From Mycobacterium leprae TN (GTDB lineage: Bacteria > Actinomycetota > Actinomycetes > Mycobacteriales > Mycobacteriaceae), in contig NC_002677.1 in the NCBI RefSeq assembly GCF_000195855.1, positions 2,100,001-2,132,000 on the forward strand: 32,000 nt of DNA, written 5' to 3'. The translations under genes and the position numbers were made by a program. Shown here one piece after another: positions 29,657 to 32,000 of this stretch; position 1 is the first letter of the stretch; every line of letters begins with the position of its first letter. The notes under the pieces are model-generated. The model was given only the letters and a program-made list of their open reading frames with translations, was not told the origin of the DNA and ran no database searches.

Positions 29657-31033
29657 TCAGCATTCGACGATGTTGACCGCGAGGGCGAGTCCGCCCGCGG
29701 CAGTCTCCTTGTACTTGAAATTCATGTCCCGGCCGGTTGCCCTCATGGTGGCGATCACCTCGTCAAGGCTCACCCGGTGGGTACCGTCGCCACGCATAGC
29801 CATCCGAGCGGCATTGATCGCTTTGCCGGCCGAGATGGCATTGCGTTCGATGCACGGAATCTGGACCAGACCGGCGATCGGGTCACAGGTTAAACCGAGA
29901 CTGTGTTCCATCGCAATCTCAGCCGCGTTCTCGACCTGAGCCGGTGTGCCACCAAGGATTTCAGCCAAGCCCGCAGCGGCCATAGAAGCCGCCGACCCCA
30001 CCTCACCTTGGCAACCGACCTCCGCGCCGGAGATAGACGCAAGCTCCTTGTACAGCGAACCAATTGCCCCCGCAGTTAACAAAAACCGCACACTTGTATC
30101 GTCTGGGTCTGCCCGCCCAGCGGGACAGTAATGCTGTGCATAATGCAAAACAGCGGGAATGATGCCCGCCGCACCGTTAGTCGGAGCGGTGACCACTCTT
30201 CCGCCCACGGCATTCTCCTCGTTGACTGCCAGCGCGACCAGGTTCACCCAGTCCTCGGCGAACACTGGATCGCGATTCGGATCCTCGGCACACAGCCGCT
30301 CGTGCCAGGAATGTGCGCGGCGACGCACTTTCAGCCCACCAGGCAGGTAGCCGCCCTGAGCAATACCACGCTGAACGGATTGCGTCATGACGTCACGAAT
30401 ATTTAGCAGACCGGCACGTACCTCCTGCTCGGACCTCAGGCTTTGCTCGTACTCGGCCATCAACTCGCAGATTGACATTCCTCGCGTGGCCGCCAATTCT
30501 AACAACTCACCCGCCGAGCCAAAGGACACCCCACCAGTGGTCCATTCCGCGCCCTCGGGTGGATCGCCGTGTGCCACGACAAATCCGCCACCGACCGAAT
30601 AATAAGTCTCGGCGGCGAGCTTGGTTCCGTCGCGGGCGAGAGCAACGATCGTCATGGCGTTGGGATGCCGGTCCAGCACCGTCTGTGGACGCAGTACGAC
30701 ATCGGCTTCGGTGAACTTGATCACGATCAATCCACCCAGACAGATTGTCCCGGCAGCGCGCATACAGGCCAATCGGGTCACCATGTCATCGGCATCAAGC
30801 CTCTCGGGATGCTCCCCCTCAAGCCCTAACAGGATAGCCGACATGGTGCCGTGGCCTGCCCCAGTTGCCGCCAGCGATCCGAACAACTCGACACGGATGT
30901 CGCACACGTCCTCGAGCAAACCGTTGGCAGCTAAGCCATCGACGAAACGTGCTGCGGCGCGCATTGGACCGACCGTGTGTGAGCTGGACGGCCCTATGCC
31001 GATCGTAAACAGATCGAACACGCTGATGGTCAT
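29657..31033 (-). CDS. sdaA: L-serine dehydratase (iron-sulfur, single-chain)
   Basis: Intact 458-aa ORF reading [27 protein letters not shown]... with ...[20 protein letters not shown]... and ...[17 protein letters not shown]... These are the classic SdaA alpha+beta domain layout. ATG at 31033 has GAGG upstream. Confidence 0.95.
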   Translation of the reverse strand: MTISVFDLFTIGIGPSSSHTVGPMRAAARFVDGLAANGLLEDVCDIRVELFGSLAATGAGHGTMSAILLGLEGEHPERLDADDMVTRLACMRAAGTICLGGLIVIKFTEADVVLRPQTVLDRHPNAMTIVALARDGTKLAAETYYSVGGGFVVAHGDPPEGAEWTTGGVSFGSAGELLELAATRGMSICELMAEYEQSLRSEQEVRAGLLNIRDVMTQSVQRGIAQGGYLPGGLKVRRRAHSWHERLCAEDPNRDPVFAEDWVNLVALAVNEENAVGGRVVTAPTNGAAGIIPAVLHYAQHYCPAGRADPDDTSVRFLLTAGAIGSLYKELASISGAEVGCQGEVGSAASMAAAGLAEILGGTPAQVENAAEIAMEHSLGLTCDPIAGLVQIPCIERNAISAGKAINAARMAMRGDGTHRVSLDEVIATMRATGRDMNFKYKETAAGGLALAVNIVEC

Positions 31034-31290
31034 GATGAAGCCTCGGATGTCTCAGGTCGAGCAGCCATCATCCCCCCATACGTTGACAACGCTTATCGGC
31101 AACCTCCGCCCGTCTGGCCACTGCTGGTGAAAATGTGTATGCGTGAAGCCGATATCATACCAGTAGCGGCACTGTGCAATTCCGCAGATGAGCCAAACTA
31201 TCGGCGAGCATCATGGCATCGACAAGCTGTCCGCTCCAGCAAGTCATTCGCCCGCTTTTCTCGTGTACATTTGTAGAATAGGGAGGCATT

Positions 31291-31614
31291 GTGGCTTATC
31301 TGTTCCTCTTTTGCGCGATCTTTGTGGAGGTGGTGGCGACCACCCTGCTCAAGAGCACCGAAGGCTTCACTCGGCTGGTGCCAACCCTGGCTTGTCTGGC
31401 CGGCTACGCAGTAACTTTCACACTCCTGGCGCTGTCGATCTCACGCGGCATGAAGACAGACGTCGCCTATGCGTTGTGGTCGGCCATCGGCACGGCTGCC
31501 ATCGTGCTGATCGCGGTGCTATTCCTCGACTCACCGGTATCCGTGGCGAAAGTCGTTGGCGTCGCGCTGATTATAGTCGGAGTGATCACGTTGAACCTGG
31601 CCGATGCCCATTGA
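31291..31614 (+). CDS. mmr: SMR-family multidrug efflux protein (Mmr/EmrE-like, 107 aa)
   Basis: GTG at 31291 is preceded by GGGAGG (31281-31286). It reads MAYLFLFCAIFVEVVATTLLKSTEGF..., with four hydrophobic segments and the membrane-embedded Glu (E13) typical of SMR pumps. Confidence 0.9.
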   Translation: MAYLFLFCAIFVEVVATTLLKSTEGFTRLVPTLACLAGYAVTFTLLALSISRGMKTDVAYALWSAIGTAAIVLIAVLFLDSPVSVAKVVGVALIIVGVITLNLADAH

Positions 31615-32000
31615 CCACCGCCCCAGATCGCCGTCCACGCGACCCCACCGGTCGCCAACAAGCGATCGTCCAGGCAGCTGGACGCAATAATCACCTGGGG
31701 GTCTCGACGAATCAACCCAGCGCCGAGTACATCCGCCGAGGCGGATGTGCCGGTCGGGTACCACCTAATTACTTCAGCTATCTCGAAGCGCTGCAGGATG
31801 CCCCGCTCACGCACGCGGCGACCACTGCGACCGCATACCTCAGTCAGTGACGTCACGAACTTGAGACGAAGCCCGAGCTTCCCGCCGCACTCCCCCAGCC
31901 CACCGTAGATTACCTGGCCGACCGACACCGCGCACTCAACAGTTCTGTGTATTGCCACCACCCATCGACCGGAATTGCAGCACCTGGCGCGGGGAGTGGC
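31611..32000 (+). pseudogene. TetR-family regulator pseudogene (Rv3066-like partner of mmr), runs off the window
   Basis: TTG at 31611 overlaps the mmr stop (TTGA). The N-terminus DRRPRDPTGRQQAIVQAA and the later NYFSYLEALQDA are in one frame. The HTH core (STSAEADVPVGYH) is readable only in a different frame. An in-frame TGA lies at 31848-31850, and the frame stays open after it to the window end. Confidence 0.65.

Noticed and set aside
29103-29939. 278-aa plus-strand ORF with a hydrophobic N-terminus
   Set aside because: Its 3' third is antisense to sdaA. The 5' part has no RBS or family signal. It may contain a membrane-protein relic, but I cannot support a call.
31188-31850. 220-aa plus-strand ORF spanning mmr
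   Set aside because: Its first 140 codons are simply another frame of mmr. Only its last 80 codons (from TTG 31611) correspond to the TetR pseudogene. The 164-aa minus-strand ORF 31467..31961 is an antisense shadow.
1-32000. Search for CRISPR arrays, rRNA, tRNA and prophage or integrase modules
   Set aside because: I found no regularly spaced direct repeats, no rRNA-like or cloverleaf-compatible segments, and no integrase or phage structural motifs in any frame I read.

Overview
This window looks like a reductively evolved mycobacterial genome of the Mycobacterium leprae type. That is an inference from mid-range GC, mycobacterial orthologues and a very high pseudogene load; I cannot separate M. 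leprae from M. lepromatosis by eye. Only nine genes keep long readable frames. These are an SDR (1-919, runs off the edge), a double-domain acyl-CoA dehydrogenase interrupted by one local frame change (6676-8846), and a five-gene minus-strand cluster at 15121-27160. The cluster holds a GAF-GGDEF-EAL protein, a ThiF/E1-like-nitroreductase fusion (MoeY-like), an Rv1356c-like unknown, a stand-alone EAL protein and a cyclase-STAND-LuxR regulator. The last two intact genes are sdaA (29657-31033) and the SMR pump mmr (31291-31614). The rest is decayed sequence readable only by hopping frames: TetR, P450 (Cyp136-like), GntR-like, PPE, SDR, OmpR-type response regulator, a multi-PAS GGDEF gene, IS1634-like and IS630-like transposase remnants, and the TetR partner of mmr. 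The most interesting signal is the intact c-di-GMP/E1-nitroreductase/LuxR cluster sitting between fully decayed flanks. Two of its members appear catalytically degenerate (EAL EGVE changed to KRVE; cyclase metal and transition-state residues lost), and a dead third c-di-GMP gene lies nearby. I found no CRISPR array, tRNA or rRNA. Homology calls rest on motifs read by eye plus remembered M. tuberculosis gene order, and all need database confirmation.
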